From: Felis catus
Lineage: Eukaryota
Reading direction: 5' to 3'
Assembly: GCF_018350175.1 (NCBI RefSeq)
Contig: NC_058368.1
Location: 80,786,001-80,850,000, forward strand
Length of the DNA: 64,000 nt
Shown: positions 37,116 to 50,889 of the stretch, in pieces
How the letters are laid out: each line of letters starts with the position of its first letter
How positions within the stretch are numbered: the first letter of the stretch is position 1
Program-made: the position numbers and the translations under genes
Notes under the pieces: model-generated
What the model saw: the letters and a program-made list of their open reading frames with translations, nothing else
Databases searched by the model: none
What the model was told of the DNA's origin: nothing

Positions 37116-37345
37116 CTTCCCCGTTCTTAACTTAGTTTACGACAAACGCTATTTATCTTCATTATTGAAAACTCAGATTTATTATATAAGGAAAAGTGCA
37201 GAAATTAAAATTTGTCTCCAGCAGATCCTGGGCCATCTCTTAAGACTTTTTTCTTTGTTCATAGTATGCTTTTTCCTAATGGTATACTTACCAGTCTTTT
37301 AACATTGCAATGATAAAGATTTACAGTAAGAAAAATGAAGCAAGT

Positions 37346-37558
37346 GGGGCACCTGGGTGGCTCAGTCGGTTAAGCGTCCGACTTTGGCTCAGGTCACAAT
37401 CTCACAGTTTGTGGGTTCTCGAGCCCCGTGTCGGGCTCTGTGCTGACAGCTCAGAGCCTGGAGCCTGCTTCGGATTCCGTGTCTCCCTCTCTCTGCCCCT
37501 CCCCCACTCTCACTGTCTCCCTCTGTCTCAAAAATAAACAAACATTAAAAAAAAATAA
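37346..37558 (+). mobile_element. Can-SINE (SINEC_Fc-type)
   Basis: TSD aagaaaaatgaagcaagt / aagaacaatgaagcaagt. Confidence 0.96.
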
Positions 37559-37624
37559 AAGAACAATGAAGCAAGTTCTACATGTAGTTTTTCATTTTCC
37601 ATAAGAAGTAAATGGGAGATTAAA

Positions 37625-38460
37625 AACACATGGAACCAAACAGTCTGGCAGCTTCTCAAATGATTAAACGTAGAGGGGTGCCTGGGTGGCTCTGTTGGTT
37701 AAGCGTCCTACTTCAGCTCAGGTCACGATCTCGCAGTCCGTGAGTTCGAGCCCCGCGTCGGGCTCTGGGCTGATGGCTCAGAGCCTGGAGCCTGCTTCCG
37801 ATTCTGTGTCTCCCTCTCTCTCTGCCCCTCCCCCGTTCATGCTCTGTCTCTCTCTGTCCCAAAAATAAATAAATGTTAAAAAAAAATGATTAAACGTAGA
37901 GTTACCATATGACTCAGCAATTCCACTCTTAGGGATACCCCCAAAAGAGATGAAATACGTGTTCACACTAATACCTGCCTGTGAGTGTTCACAGCAGCAT
38001 GATTCATGTTGTCAAAAGGCAAGAACAATCCCAGGGTCCACCAGTCTGATGAATGGATAGACATCTCCACACGATGGAATATTACTCAGCCGTGAGAATG
38101 AATGAGGCCCTGACAAGGCTCCAATGTGGATGAGCCCAGAGAACATTACACTAAGTGGAAGAATCAAGTCACAAAAGACCACATATACAATTCTATTTCT
38201 ATAAAATTTCCAGAAGAGGGAGATGTATAGCGATAAAATGTAAATTGGTGATTGCTTAGGGTGTGGCGGGGGGGCAGATGGGGATAGAAGGTGGTAAGCT
38301 AAATAAAGTGTAAGAAGTTTTCCTTGTGATGATAAAATAGTCTAAAATAGGCCCTGGTGATGTTTGCACATATCTGTGAACGTGTTAGAAACCTTCGAAT
38401 TGTACAATTTGAGCGCATTACGCAGTAGGCGAATTATATCTTAATAAAGCTGCTACAAAA
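37625..38460 (+). mobile_element. L1MB-type 3' end, interrupted by a SINE
   Basis: gagttaccatatgactcagcaattccactcttagg...tggaatattactcagcc...gaattatatcttaataaagctg. Confidence 0.9.
37675..37884 (+). mobile_element. SINEC_Fc, young
   Basis: Perfect TSD aaatgattaaacgtaga(g). Confidence 0.97.
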
Positions 38461-41400
38461 ATATGGAACAACAGACTGGAGAGCCTGGGGGGTCTTTGAC
38501 ACCCTCTCGTTGAGAACCCCTGTTTCTGACCAGACAGCAGATCCGGTGGCCTGCACACTCCCCTTGACGAAACACAAGAAATGATGTGTGAGATATGGTA
38601 ACGTGCATAAATTCAAAAAAGAAAGTGGGAGAAATCCCAGAGGGCACAGACACAAGGAAGGAACTGGAGATCAGAATGGTCTGAACTAGTGGCAGCCCTG
38701 GATGTAGTGGGGTCGGGCGGGCTGTCACCACTGGTCTCGTTGAGTTCTGTATCTTAACGCATCCACGAGACAGGAGGCTGGCCTGTGTGACGTGGAATGT
38801 TGGATGTAATGTGACTTTTCCCATACATGTGAAGCCAGGACCCTTGCCAAGAGCTCCATTCTTGGTAAAATGGTATTCTAGAAAGCACCCCCTGCCCCAG
38901 CCCTGTACTAGATGGGAAGGAAACTGGGCCAGTGGCGGGAAGCGATGTGAGTGTGCAACAGGCGCTTGTCCCAGGCTGGACACGGCCTCCAGTGCTGCTC
39001 CGTGTTCCTGGGGCTCGAGATACGGGTCCCAAGCCTGTAGCGGCACCTTCAAACATCTGTGCTGTGGCCCCTCAGGGACTCCTTGAGTGATGCACCGAGA
39101 AGCTGCAGAGAAACCTCCAAGGGGCGCCCCAGGTTACTTCTCATCACGGCTTCCTGAAATGAGGCGGATATGCCCTCCACCCACCGGAGAGGGAGCTCCT
39201 CTGTTAGCAAGTGAAGGGCTCTCTGTAGGGTTTGGAAAAGTGACCCATCACGTTTATGGAGTTTGAGCAAAACAGTGCAGTGATGTGAGAGGACACTGCT
39301 TAATCTCAAACGTGGAGAAAATGCTGGGGACACGTTTCATTCCATATCCACCGGCCACCTCCGCTCCTTGCTGTGGCACCTTTCTCCCGTCTCGAGTCTC
39401 AGTGCTGCTCCCCGGTCACTTCCTGCTATTTTACACCAGCGTCCCCGGCTCCCGCTCCCTGCCCCGCCTTTTACAGCATCGCTGTGGGGACTCCACCGTG
39501 AGGGTGCGGTCTTCTCTGCACGCTTTGGGGTCAGATGGCATCAACGGAGATCGCTGCAGAAGCAGGGCCGCTCCGGGGACAGGGCACTTGGGCTCTGATG
39601 TGCACCTGGTGATGGGGTCTGCACACGCCACTGTCAGAGGTCAGGGCCAGGAGGGGCCCCTGTGGCACAGCTGAGCAAACACACACCAGTAACGTTGCTG
39701 GCACTGAACGTCCCGGGAGGAAGTGGGGTAAATATGATGGCCACACAATCATGTAGGATTACTCTTCTGCCTGCCTGCTGGGACCTGGAAACACCGTCAG
39801 GTCACTTTCAGCTGGTGTGGGTAGACTTGTGGGCAGACGTGTACCTGGGTCAGCGTGGCCGTGGTGGGAATGGGAAGCCATGAATTCCGCTTTGTTGGTG
39901 GTGTTGGCGTGGCTGTTAGAGCCTCAAGTAGTGAGGATGAGGGAGACTTTCCAAGTGAGCCCCCCACCCTCACTTACACCAGAGGCCCTTCCTGGTGTCG
40001 AGTAGGGGCGTGTGTGTCTGCCTCCGCTTGCCACGGGCGTATCAGCGTGGCTTCAGTGCCACGTGCAGGGCCGTTGTATGTTTTTGCTTTTTTTTTTTTT
40101 TAGATGTGGGGGAACTTAGGTGCCATAAAAGATTATAAACCCAGGCTTCCTTTCTAAACATTTGGAATATCTTTCCGAAACGTCCTGCAGTGCACCTCCA
40201 TCATTTTGTTGGGGTCAAGCAAATGTTATCATAGGACACTCTAAATATCTTAATTGTCAGAAATCTTTAACATCGCTTGCGTCGCCTGGGAGAGCTTGGC
40301 GGGAGCCCGCTGGTCACAATGGGAGCCTAACTCATGGCAGTGGCTGTGCGGGCGCTGTTCCCACAGGAGGGACGGGAGCCACCCCACTGCTCAGGGAGAC
40401 CTTGGGCAAGTCTCCTAACACGCACAGACCCGGTTTCCTGAGAGGAACAGACGGTGGTTTAGATCAGCTGTGGTTAAGAGGTCACACTTTTCCAGGTTTC
40501 AGGGAACGTGTGCACATCTTGCTGGGCCCCTGCCTGTGTGTTCTCACCATGAAACATGTCTCCGTGGTGGTCTTCCCACGCTTACCTTCCAGACCACAGA
40601 CCAGTTGTGTGGGGTGTTCTCTGGCCCTGTCACTACAAGTCCCTGTACTCCGCTAAGGATCTCCACCAGGAGGCTCCCGTTTGAGGAGTCAAGTAAGCAG
40701 CAGTCGTGGGCTTTGATGGTGCAGGCGTGGGGCAGGGATGAAGCCTTCTTGGTCCCAGCGATTGCTGGTCTTGGGTTCTAGAACACAAGACAGATTGGGG
40801 TCCAGTATGTCTGATTTGCCAAGGGGTCTCCCAAGAACCAGCCTCTCTCTCCCTCTGCCGGGGTGAACATTGTTGCTGAGCCAAGGAGATTAACAGAGGT
40901 GCCAAAGAAGGTGCATGTACAGGGCGTCAGGGGCTGATGATGGTGAGTCGTCACTGTCACCGTCCTTGCGCTCCCCGGGCGATCCCTGCATGATCTCTGC
41001 TCCTTGGCCGCGTTGAAAGCCTCCGTTTGTCCTGCTCGCCATGAGGAACTCAAGCAAATCTTATTTTTTCCTTTCGTTTTCTTGCCTTCCAGTTGTGCTT
41101 GGAGAAGAAAACCATACAGTCAGCTGTTTCTCTTGTTCCTGGCCGGCATCCAGCCTGTGAGAGCTCCACCTGCTGTCCCTGGGGATGCCAGGTTCCCCTC
41201 TGGCTCTTTGTTTCGTTCACCCTCCTGCTGACAAAGACCTGAGGTGCTTTAGGGACACCATTTGCGTTTTCATGTTCTCTTTCAGCCGATTGTGGTGTAA
41301 GTGGTCGCGTGTCTTCCCTGGTCTCGGCAGCAGGTGGGATGGGTCTCGGTGGCCCCGGTGTCAGCCAGGCTGTGGGACGGGAGCCGAGGCTCCCGTGGTC

Positions 41401-41769
41401 GGCCTTTCTCTCAACGGCGTTAAGAGCTCTGGCATGATGATTTAGGGGACACCCACCAGCTTTGCCGTGATCCAACCTGCGGACTTATCCGCGCCCACGT
41501 GGTGCCGGTGCAGTGGTGGGGTGACCCGTGCCCATCTACCCTCTGGAGTCCAAGAAGGGGGAGGACGTGTGGGCCTCGCGGAGACGAGTGTGAGCATGCA
41601 GCTCCTTGCACACCGGGCTGCGGTGCTCGGCCCAGAGGGTGGCAGGTGTGTGCTCGGTGGCCAGGAGCGTGGCCTCCATGCTCGGTGTGCTGCAGAAGGG
41701 ATTCAAAGCGTGACGCCGTGGACACGGCTGAGCGAGGTGGAAGAGAGCCAGCTTGCTGCTCAGGTGGTG

Positions 41770-42100
41770 TTTCCCGTCGAATGGTGTCCCCCAGAAGACG
41801 GTGACCTGACTTGGAAATAGGCTCTCTGTAGCTGATCGAGGCAGGATGAGGGCATCAGGATAGGCCTAGTCCAGTGAGACTGGTGTCCTTATAAAATGAG
41901 GAAGTTTGGGCATAGGGACAGACATGACAGAGGAGAGAGTGGGAGTGCCCGAGGCCACCAGTTGCTGGGGGAGAGGCAGACCCAGAAAGAACCAGCCCCC
42001 CCGCCGATATTGGACTTCTGGCCTCCAGAACTGTGGGAGAATAAATTCTACTGGGTAAGCTGCCCCATCCGTGGGCCACTAGCCAGGGGACACTGATACC
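41770..42100 (+). mobile_element. MLT1-family (MaLR) solo LTR
   Basis: gaatggtgtccccc...gtgacctgacttggaaatagg...gactggtgtccttataaaa...ttggacttctggcctccagaactgtgggagaataaattct. Confidence 0.9.
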
Positions 42101-44702
42101 TTTTGTGTGAGTGCTACTGTAGCTGCTCTCAGGCCTCCAGACAGGTGCCTCGTCTGATACTCAGACAGGTGCGGCCCAAGGACGTGATGGGAACTTGCTC
42201 TGCAGCTTGCGCTCCGTGCAGTGTGACAGCAGAGGCCTCCGAGGACAACTTCCCATGTCTAGATGCAAAGTGTGGCAAAGTGTGGCACATAGTAGGAGCT
42301 CAGCTGGGAAAGCGCCAACGATTCACACAGAAGTTGGCCACTTGAGGGCAACGTGTCACTGGCGAGAACATTGTTAGTGAGACGTTTTGTGTTCTTTTCC
42401 CCAGAAGTCTTCAAAGTCTGGTGTGTTTTACCTCTTTTACTCGCCCGTTCATGAGCCCTGGTGCTGGTGGCTACCAGACTCTAGAGTTCAGATCCTCACC
42501 TAACTGCTAAATGTCTTCGGTGATTCGATGAGCCTGAAGCCCCGTGGTGATGAGATAACCGTCCGCTCCCTTCTGTGTTACAGAAGGGGGAGACAGCCGC
42601 CCTCTCCACCCCATGAGAGGTCAACGGGCGTGACTTTTGTATGGACCCTGTGACACACATCTAGTGGATGTTCTGTGGCAGGCACTGTGGTGGCCACAAG
42701 AAGTAAACCTGGTCCCTACTCCAGGATTTTAGGGTTTAGTTGAGAAGGTGATAAAAGCTACGGGGCTTAAAGAAGGAAGGGATTACTTTTGCCCCCAAAT
42801 CTGGAGGGGTGTGTGGGAAAGTACAAGACAACGAAGACTGAAGTGCAGTGTCTTGTGGGGCCCACCTGGAGGAGCTGGCCACCACCCGATGTCACGGTCC
42901 CCTTTTTGGCTTTTAAGAACAGAGGCCCGGGCCATACTGCCGTACGGGTCTGGGGGAGCCAGCTGTTGGGGAGACACCCTGTTCTGTCTAAACTCAAGGC
43001 CAGGAAGAGCGGTGATCAAAGCCAGGCCTATGGCCGCCTCCCGCCTCTGTGCCCAGGAGTGACTGCCCGGAATGTGGAAGGCACTCAGACATCTGCCGGG
43101 TGGACCGCTCACGTACGATACCTGCTGTGTACAAACGGAAGCGCAGCCTCCCGCCTTGCCGGGACTGCCTCCCTGCGCTACAGCAGCTGAGGCGGAAGGC
43201 CTGTCTCTCTCAGCTGCTCGCTAGCTCGGTCCAGCTTCACGCGTGTACAGATCCGGGACTTGCTCACCGTGGCTTCGGCTGATGGGCACTACCTCCCTTC
43301 TCGTTCCCTGGAGATGCCGGGAATTCTCAGTCCCCAGGCACGCCTGTTGTTGTGTTGAGATTCTGCTCTGCCCTGACCTGGCCAGTGCCGCCCACTGGCG
43401 CATGAGGCATCTTTGTTGCCCTGGAGGGTGTCCCCCCACCTTCCGGGCCACACTGCTGAGTGGGTGGCATCCTGGTGGAGCTGAAGGTCTGGTCACAGCT
43501 CCAGAGTGGAGCCACAAGTCGTCCGGCAGGACCAATGAGCTATCATTCTGTGGGGTCACCACCTGCCTTTGTACATGCTATAGCTTTTTACGTGGCCTAG
43601 TGACAAGTGACAGTGAGCTTACTGATTGAATTCTGAATTCCGTTTTCTAAATCCAAATTTTCAGGATCCCATGTTGAGAGGCACAGAGCACGTATATTGC
43701 CGTTCAGCACTTCCTGTTTTCGAAGCCAGTGGGGAAGCGTGGAGGAGTGTTCCCAGGGCTCTGCCTCCAGAACCCAAATCCAGCAGACACAGGGAGACAC
43801 TCCTCCCTGGGGAGTGTCTGTCACCTGTGGGGGTGACCGTGGCCTGAAGGACACGCTGAGGTGACGTGATCTGTGCACACAGTCGCTTTCCTGTCTTAGT
43901 GTTTCTGAGGACCTGCTGTGCACTTGGGTGTACCTGCCATGTGACTGTGTTACCACTTACCTCCTTTTGTAAATCAGATCATAAATTCACTTTGAGAATT
44001 TATCATTTATAAAAGGAACCAGTAGTAATTCTTTTTGTGTAATGAATACTCTTCTCCTAATGATCTGATTTCAAAGTTTACATTTTTTAACAGGTTGGGT
44101 ATTCGTTTCAGTGTCGACTCTTCCCCAAGACCTATGGACATTCTAACAAAAGGCGTTATTTTCAGAATCTAAACATAAATACATAATAACGCTATGACTT
44201 GAAGCAGCATGAACAATGGAGGTAGGAAGTGAAGCAGGCTTTCACAGAAACATGAACTCATTTTCATGGCTCCCAGTATTTCTCATTACAAGTTAAACTA
44301 TTTAAAATGATGGCTTAATAGGCACCACCTGAGATGTGGGCGGGATAATGAGTGTGAGATGCTGAACTACTGCGTTTCCTGACTTCTTTGTGCGGAAATT
44401 AGTAAATGCACCGTCCTAGGAAAAATGGCTTTGCGAGTCTCATTTTCATTTTTCCTGTGCCCTCCGCCCAAGTGCTAGATGGGGGAGAGATGCATTCTTA
44501 GGAGTCATGTTTTGGAGTAGCTATGGTGGGCTTCAGGGTGAAGTCTGCACTGACNNNNNNNNNNNNNNNNNNNNNNNNNNNNNNNNNNNNNNNNNNNNNN
44601 NNNNNNNNNNNNNNNNNNNNNNNNNNNNNNNNNNNNNNNNNNNNNNNNNNNNNNNNNNNNNNNNNNNNNNNNNNNNNNNNNNNNNNNNNNNNNNNNNNNN
44701 NN

Positions 44703-44810
44703 GACCCCGAGGGTGTGGCCTGGGGGGTGTGGGTGACCCCGAGGGCATGGTCTGGGGGGTTGTGGATGACCCCCAAGGCATGGTGGCCTGAGGGTGTGGG
44801 CGATCCCAAG
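44703..44810. repeat. G-rich ~32-bp minisatellite abutting an N gap (44555-44702)
   Basis: gaccccgagggtgtggcctggggggtgtgggt followed by two diverged copies. Confidence 0.85.
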
Positions 44811-46095
44811 GTGAATACAAGCCTGAGGGAAGATGTCTGGGCCTAGCATCCACCTGCGGGGACTGGATGGCACAGAGGAGGAGCTTGTAATCCACCATGA
44901 GGTGTAGACGTGGCGGAAGGCTGACTTGGGATGATCACGGGCGTGGGGACGGCCTGGGCACCGTGGGAAGCAGAATCGGCAAGAGAAGGGGCGCCTGCTC
45001 CCAGACTGCCCGCTGGGAAGGCTACTCCGAGGTTGGGGGTGCGTCTTAGGGTGACTCGGGTTTACAGAACAGCAGAGCCCTGTTTGCATAGGAGAGTGTA
45101 GCCACAGGATTACAAAGTGCCCACTACTTTTATTTGATTGGCCACCGAGTTTTCTTAAAGAAAAATTGTCCCGGCTCTGACCTCCCTCATCCATGTCCTA
45201 AGGGCCTTTTTCTGGAACCGCTGAAGTGGCTTTCCGGGTCTGCTTGCTTCTGTGTGGTCACTGGGGGCCTTCCCCACTCAGGCTGCAGTGGTGGTTCACA
45301 CCCTGGAGACTCTGGGCAGCGTCAGCTTCCAGAAACTGCCCCTCTGCTCTCCCGTCATGTGAACGCCCAGCGTCGTGCTCTGGCTTCCTCACTGGCCGCA
45401 GGCCTGCCGTGCCCACTAGGGCCTTTTGGCCTGTCTCGGTCCGTCAGAATCTCTACCCATCCTACTGGCGACCCAGCTGAAGGCCCAGCTTGGCTCAGAC
45501 GGCTTCCTGTTTCTACGGTGGCGTCACCCGTGGCTGTGGGGCCAGAGCCCATGTCTGCAGCCTGTCTCTGCCACTTATTTGTGGTGGATGCCTGGCCCGT
45601 GGAAGACTGGCTCTTCGTCAGGGAGAGAGGGCACTCACAGCTGTCAGGGGACTCTGGCAATCATTTAGTGGCTCAAACCTGTGGAGCACCGACCCGTGTG
45701 CCAGGCACCCGCCCAGATGCTGGGGATGCCACAATGAACAAATGGAATATAATCGTGACACGGTAATGAAACTTCTCTGACGTGTTCGTTCCTATTTCAT
45801 TATAGCTCCTCTTCCCACACCCATGGGGCCTGACTGGGGGACAGCACCCCTAAGGCTGTCAGCCGGGGAGTGCAGGCTGTGCTCTGCATTCATGCAAGAC
45901 GATTTTACGGGTAAAGGCAGCGTCTCAAGGAGCTATCCCATATCACTAGCCCTGCTCTGGATCGCACTGATTTCGTTAGAGGTGGGTCATGCGAGAGCGG
46001 GAAGACAGTGGGGTCATGATGTACATGGGCAGCCCCATGTTTTCCCGCATCAGGATTTCTTTAGCGACAGCAAAACCCAGGTGCCAGCTGACCTG

Positions 46096-46304
46096 TTTTT
46101 TTTTTAATGCTTATTTTTGAGAGAGAAAGCGAGACAGTGTGCGTAGTAGAAGGGCAGAGAGAGAGGGAGACACAGAATCCAAAGCAGGCTCCAGACTCTG
46201 AGCTGTCAGCGCAGGGCCCGATGCAGGGCTCAAAACCATGAACCGCGAGATGCTGACCTGAGCCAAAGTCAGATGCTCAACCGACTGAACCACCCAGGTG
46301 CTCC
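46096..46304 (-). mobile_element. Can-SINE (SINEC_Fc-type)
   Basis: TSD cagctgacctg / caactgacctg. Confidence 0.95.
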
Positions 46305-46557
46305 AACTGACCTGGTTTTTAAACACAGTATGGTACTTAGTAAAAGGATTGTTACTGGAGTATAATATTGGGTGGGACCTGGGATATGGTGGCAGGCATA
46401 GCACTCTTACATGCATGGGATAAAAATCAAGTGTATTAAAGTAAGAAATTAGGGAAACAAATTCTCATTGCATGTTTGTCTACTTATATTTAGTAGTACT
46501 TGTTTTTAAGCCTTCTGTAAAACAAAAAATTTGAAAGAAATGTCAATATATACGTTA

Positions 46558-46635
46558 CTCCCTTCCTTCTCTCCTCCCTCCCTCCCTCCCTCCCTCCCTC
46601 CCTTCCTCCCTTCCTTCCTTCCTTCCTTCCTTCTT
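46558..46635. repeat. (CCCT)n/(CCTT)n polypyrimidine microsatellite
   Basis: Read directly from the sequence. Confidence 0.95.
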
Positions 46636-46689
46636 GCTATAGGAGGAAATGCAACTTTTTTTTAACTTCTTGGATTCTGTGTGCCTGAC

Positions 46690-46990
46690 TCTTCAAACTT
46701 TGCATTAATATACATTTTTCTTTATATTTAATTTCTCTGACAGCCAAATTACATGCCCTTAATTGAATTAACACAAATTAGATCTGAAAGGAATTGAGGA
46801 ACAAAAATTTGGGATGTTTCTTGAAAGCTTTCTTATTGCTTGAAGCTCTCTGAAAAAAAATCTCTCTTCCTTAGGAACGACACCAATTAAAGACATATTA
46901 GAGTTAATACTGGTAACGTCTTTCCATAGCGGGGGTGATTCATAACTGCTTCTGATCCTGTTATTTCAAAACTCAAATGTCAAGCATCTA
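46690..46990. promoter_or_regulatory. Candidate conserved non-coding element
   Basis: tttgcattaat, tgacag, aaattacatgcccttaattgaattaacacaaattag, ccaattaaag, gttaatac; no repeat recognised. Confidence 0.42.
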
Positions 46991-47524
46991 AAAGCAAGGT
47001 GGGCTTCAGGGAGGAGCCTATGCCCTCCCACGTGAGCCTCTGGTGATCTGGGAGTCGGCCAGTCCTTCAGATCTACCAAGGAGCTTTACATGACAACACA
47101 CATCAGGAGAGGGTGCGGGAACCATAAAATCAGGGATTCTCAGGGGTGGAAAGATCTTCGAGGATGCTGGGTTCAAATCCACCCCCCCTCCCAGCCCCTG
47201 GCCTGCATTGTTCATCCTGTGTGCTCATGGCTGGTTGAACATCTCCGCTGGGTGTTCCCTTGACCTGCTGAGAGCCCAGGCCGCCTCTGACAGCTGGACC
47301 CGGGGGAAAACAATTCCTTGGATTGAAGCAGGTCTCTACCTCCCTGTGGCCTGGCCTGTTGGTCCCCGCCCCACCCCAGAAAGTCCAGGTCCCATCCCCA
47401 CATTTGTAGGCTTCAAGGTTTGAAGGCAGCCACTCCTTTGTTGCCCTTGTCCCTGAGTTGGGGCTCCTGCCCCTTTACCAGTCTGTCTCATTGTCTAATC
47501 AGGAGATGCTGTGAGTTTTGGAAG

Positions 47525-47714
47525 GTGCTGGTCCCCGTGTGGAGTCATCAAACCAGCAGTGTTGGCACCCTGGAACTTATTAGAGCTGCAAACTGTCTAG
47601 CTCTCAGCAGACCTACTGAATCTGAAACCAGGGGCTGGGGTGGCCTCAGCGGTCTGTGTTTTAACAGGCTTTCTAGATAATTCTGATGCCTCCTGAAGCT
47701 TGAGCACCACTGGT
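47525..47714. mobile_element. MER5A (hAT-Charlie) DNA transposon
   Basis: accagcag...cctggaacttattagagctgcaaa...cagacctactgaatctgaaac...tctgtgttttaacagg...attctgatgc...aagcttgagcaccactgg. Confidence 0.88.
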
Positions 47715-50199
47715 CTTGTTTCCTAACTGGTCTGATGCAAACGCATCACATGTGGCTCCAAGTTCTGTCCTTCTCTGTATGTGGGGTGGGGACTCAGAGG
47801 CCCTGTCTCTGGCCTGCAGGGGTGCCTTCTTACTCTGGATGCTGGAGGGTTGTTCCCTTGCACTCAGTGTTGAGATGCGTGGCAGGCGGGGGCCCTCCTT
47901 AGGGCCCGTGGGCTTCTGTTGACAGTGCCTCCTAGGCCAGACACTCCTGAGTGTGTCTTCCTCCAGGCACGGGGGTGGTGACCGTCCTGTGCTCTGCCGG
48001 CTGGTTGCACCCTCTTTCGTTCTCCACCTCCTCCTGCCAGCAGTGACCCACAGGGGCCCCGCGTGGGCTTCCAGAATCAGGGAGCACCCCGGGCATCTCT
48101 TGCCATAGGGCCCACGTGGCAAGAGAGGAAGCCCATCTGTCCTCCGTTAAATGTTGAGGGAAGAGGCGGTACGGTCTCCCACCTTCTCACGGGCGTTTCT
48201 GAGCTGTCGTGGCAGCTGAACGGCTCCTGTGGACGTGTGTGTGGCCGAGTCGGCCGGCAGCCGGGGATGGTTGTGTGAGACCCAGGTGGCAGTGGGGCCC
48301 GCCCTAGCGGAAGGACGAGTGCTAAGGCGGCACCAGTCCCTGGACAGCGTATCGAGGAAATCAGGAACAAAGTGCAGCAACAGGACGGCTCCCTGGGGAG
48401 AGCCTGTGCATGGTGTGCACAGGTCATCCACTGCTCATCTCAGAGGGGACGTCCCACCAGGCTTCCTGCTACAGAGGGCCACCTGCAGGCACGTCACCGT
48501 GACGCCTTCCTTTGTGAAGTTGGAATTCCCGTTTGGCTCCAATCAAAAGTCAGTTCTCCATTTTTATGTTTTTGGAGGAGGCAAGGATTGAGTGGAGTCA
48601 GCGTCTTGCAGGGTCTAAGCCAGCGTGCTGCATTGCAAGGATGAAGGGGAGAAAGCTTGAAGATGCGGGGTTTCGGGGTGGGGGTGGGGAGAAGACTGGG
48701 CTACATGCTGGTGCGCACTGTACCTGATGCCCCTGGTGCTGGGCCGGAGGAGGGGCAGAGATTTGCATCCTCATGTGGGTGTGACGGGCGGGGCCCTGCA
48801 GTTCCCCAAATGGAGGTTTGACAGGTAATTCCTACAAAACGATTTATAAATAAGGGAGTCCAAGTCTCTGACAAAGGAGAAAATACAATTTCTCTTTTCT
48901 TCCTGTTGTTCTCTAGAGGGCACGTTGGGTAAGTGGTCTTTTTATGCATCAAAAGGTAGTGAAGCAAGCAGTTGGATGTTCACCGTCAGCCAACTTCTAG
49001 GCGGGCCATTGGCCTGCGGAATCATCTTACCTGATGCACAGTAAGACGACAAAACTGGAACCATGGAACCACTGGCTGTCTTCATATGGTGGCCAATCTC
49101 TGTAACAGGTGCCTGGGAACATACCTGCCAGACTACCTGAGAGGTTCCGTTGGATTCTCATCTGCAAAAACATGTTGCCTGAAATGTGGGGATGGCTCCG
49201 CCCTCACAGCTTGCCGGATGGTCTGGGTCTGATGTGGCCGTCCTGCCTGCTCCCCTCCCAGGGCGGTGCCACAAGGCCACGGAGCCTCCTCTCACCTTGC
49301 TGCTGGGGGGAGCAGACCGCCTCTTCAGGTGTATCTTCGGGGAAGCTTCTCCCACCGCCCTCTCGCTTCCCTCATGCCACACACCATTCATCTGTCCCTT
49401 GTCACCGCCCCCTGGGAGTTTGGTGGACGGTGCAGTCACGTTGGACTGTGTGACCTGACCTGTCTCCCAGAGCATCATCAGCGCCTCCGAGGATGAGGGC
49501 TAAACATGTGGCCTGCACGCAGAGCCTGGCACATGGCCAGTACCCACAGAAAGAGTGAGAACCGGGGCCGATGGGCATCATTTCCCTGCTGCCGGGAGAG
49601 CCAGACCTGGGGACGTCACATTGAGTTACTCCCCTGCTTTCACTGGGCAGCCGAAGGATGGCTTTTTCCAAAGTCTCTGCTGTATAAATACAGAGGGGTC
49701 TGGCCGTGCCCTCCACCCCGCGTTCTCCGAGAGCGGGCCGTGGGAAGGGAGCAGCCCTCCTCCTATGGGAGAGCCTGGCTCCAGGCGCTGGAGCAGGCAG
49801 CAGAGAAGCGGCAGGAGCCTCGGCAGGACCGCCATGTGGGGTGATTTTTCATGGGTCCAAGGGACTGTCAGAATCCCTGGTCCTGAGAGAGTGTCTTTCT
49901 CACTGTCACGGGTGAGATAAACTCTCCCAAATGTGGCCACGGCCAAGCTGCCAATTCCACATTTGCATTTAGTAGTTTAGTTACAAATGAAACACGTTGC
50001 CAGAATGCTTTATTTTGGTTTGGGAAGGTAAATTGTAGTAATTATTTTGGGACACAGAAATGCATACTTAAACTTGAAGACAAATCACGGTGCCAGAGCT
50101 CGAATCTGTCACTCAGGGATGACTTTGCTTGCGGGCACTGCACCGAAGGATGGGTATTTGCAAACTGTACTGACTCTCTTAATGATGAACCTGCCCATG

Positions 50200-50412
50200 C
50201 ACGCCTGGGGGGCTCGGTCGGTTGGGCGTCTGACTTCGGCTCAGGTTATGATCTCGCGGTTTGTGGGTTCAAGCCCCACGTCGGACTCTGTGCTGTCAGC
50301 ACAGAGCCCGCCTCGGATCCTATCTCCCTCTCTCTCTGCCCCCCCCCCAGCTTGTGCACTTGCCCTCTCTCTCAAAGATAAATGAACGTTAAAAAAAATT
50401 AAAATGAAAAAA
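50200..50412 (+). mobile_element. Can-SINE (SINEC_Fc-type)
   Basis: cgcctggggggctcggtcggttgggcgtctgacttcggctcagg...; A-rich tail. Confidence 0.94.
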
Positions 50413-50889
50413 AGTGAACATGCTGACATATAGCAGCTTATCGTTGACAGGACGTTTTTCAGGAGTGTCCAAGGGATGGTGGGGGGACTTTCACACATAG
50501 TAATTAAATGTGAGAAAACCCCAGAAGGTCCTGCGGGTCTTTTCTAGGGATGTGACCGAGTGTTACCAAGTGTGCACCAGATGAAATGCAGGCTGTGTGA
50601 TGGCTCCACGTTCACCCCGACAGTCGATACTGGGACAAAGGGCCCCGAGCTGGGCTTTGTCTGGTTACTGTTCAATAAAAGTGCTTTGCTCAGAGAAGAA
50701 AGTGCAGCTCCCAGTTTTGAGGGCTTGATATATGTAGATACTAAAGTCCTCATCAAAACTCCGTGCACACCGTCTCTGTTGAAGAGGCGGGTGAGGTAAT
50801 TGGAAAGCCTTGGCCGGGGTCCGTTGTGCCGTGGTGCCATAAATCTCAAGGGGGTGACGGGCGTACAATGGTCACACTCTTTCACTATC

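Noticed and set aside
45134-45766. 210-aa + strand ORF
   Set aside because: Non-ATG start, no recognisable homology, and it runs into an apparent L2 fragment.
49031-49099. Possible 69-nt minus-strand exon (acag|...cag|gtaaga)
   Set aside because: Poor pyrimidine tract, unrecognised peptide, and opposite to the inferred transcription direction.
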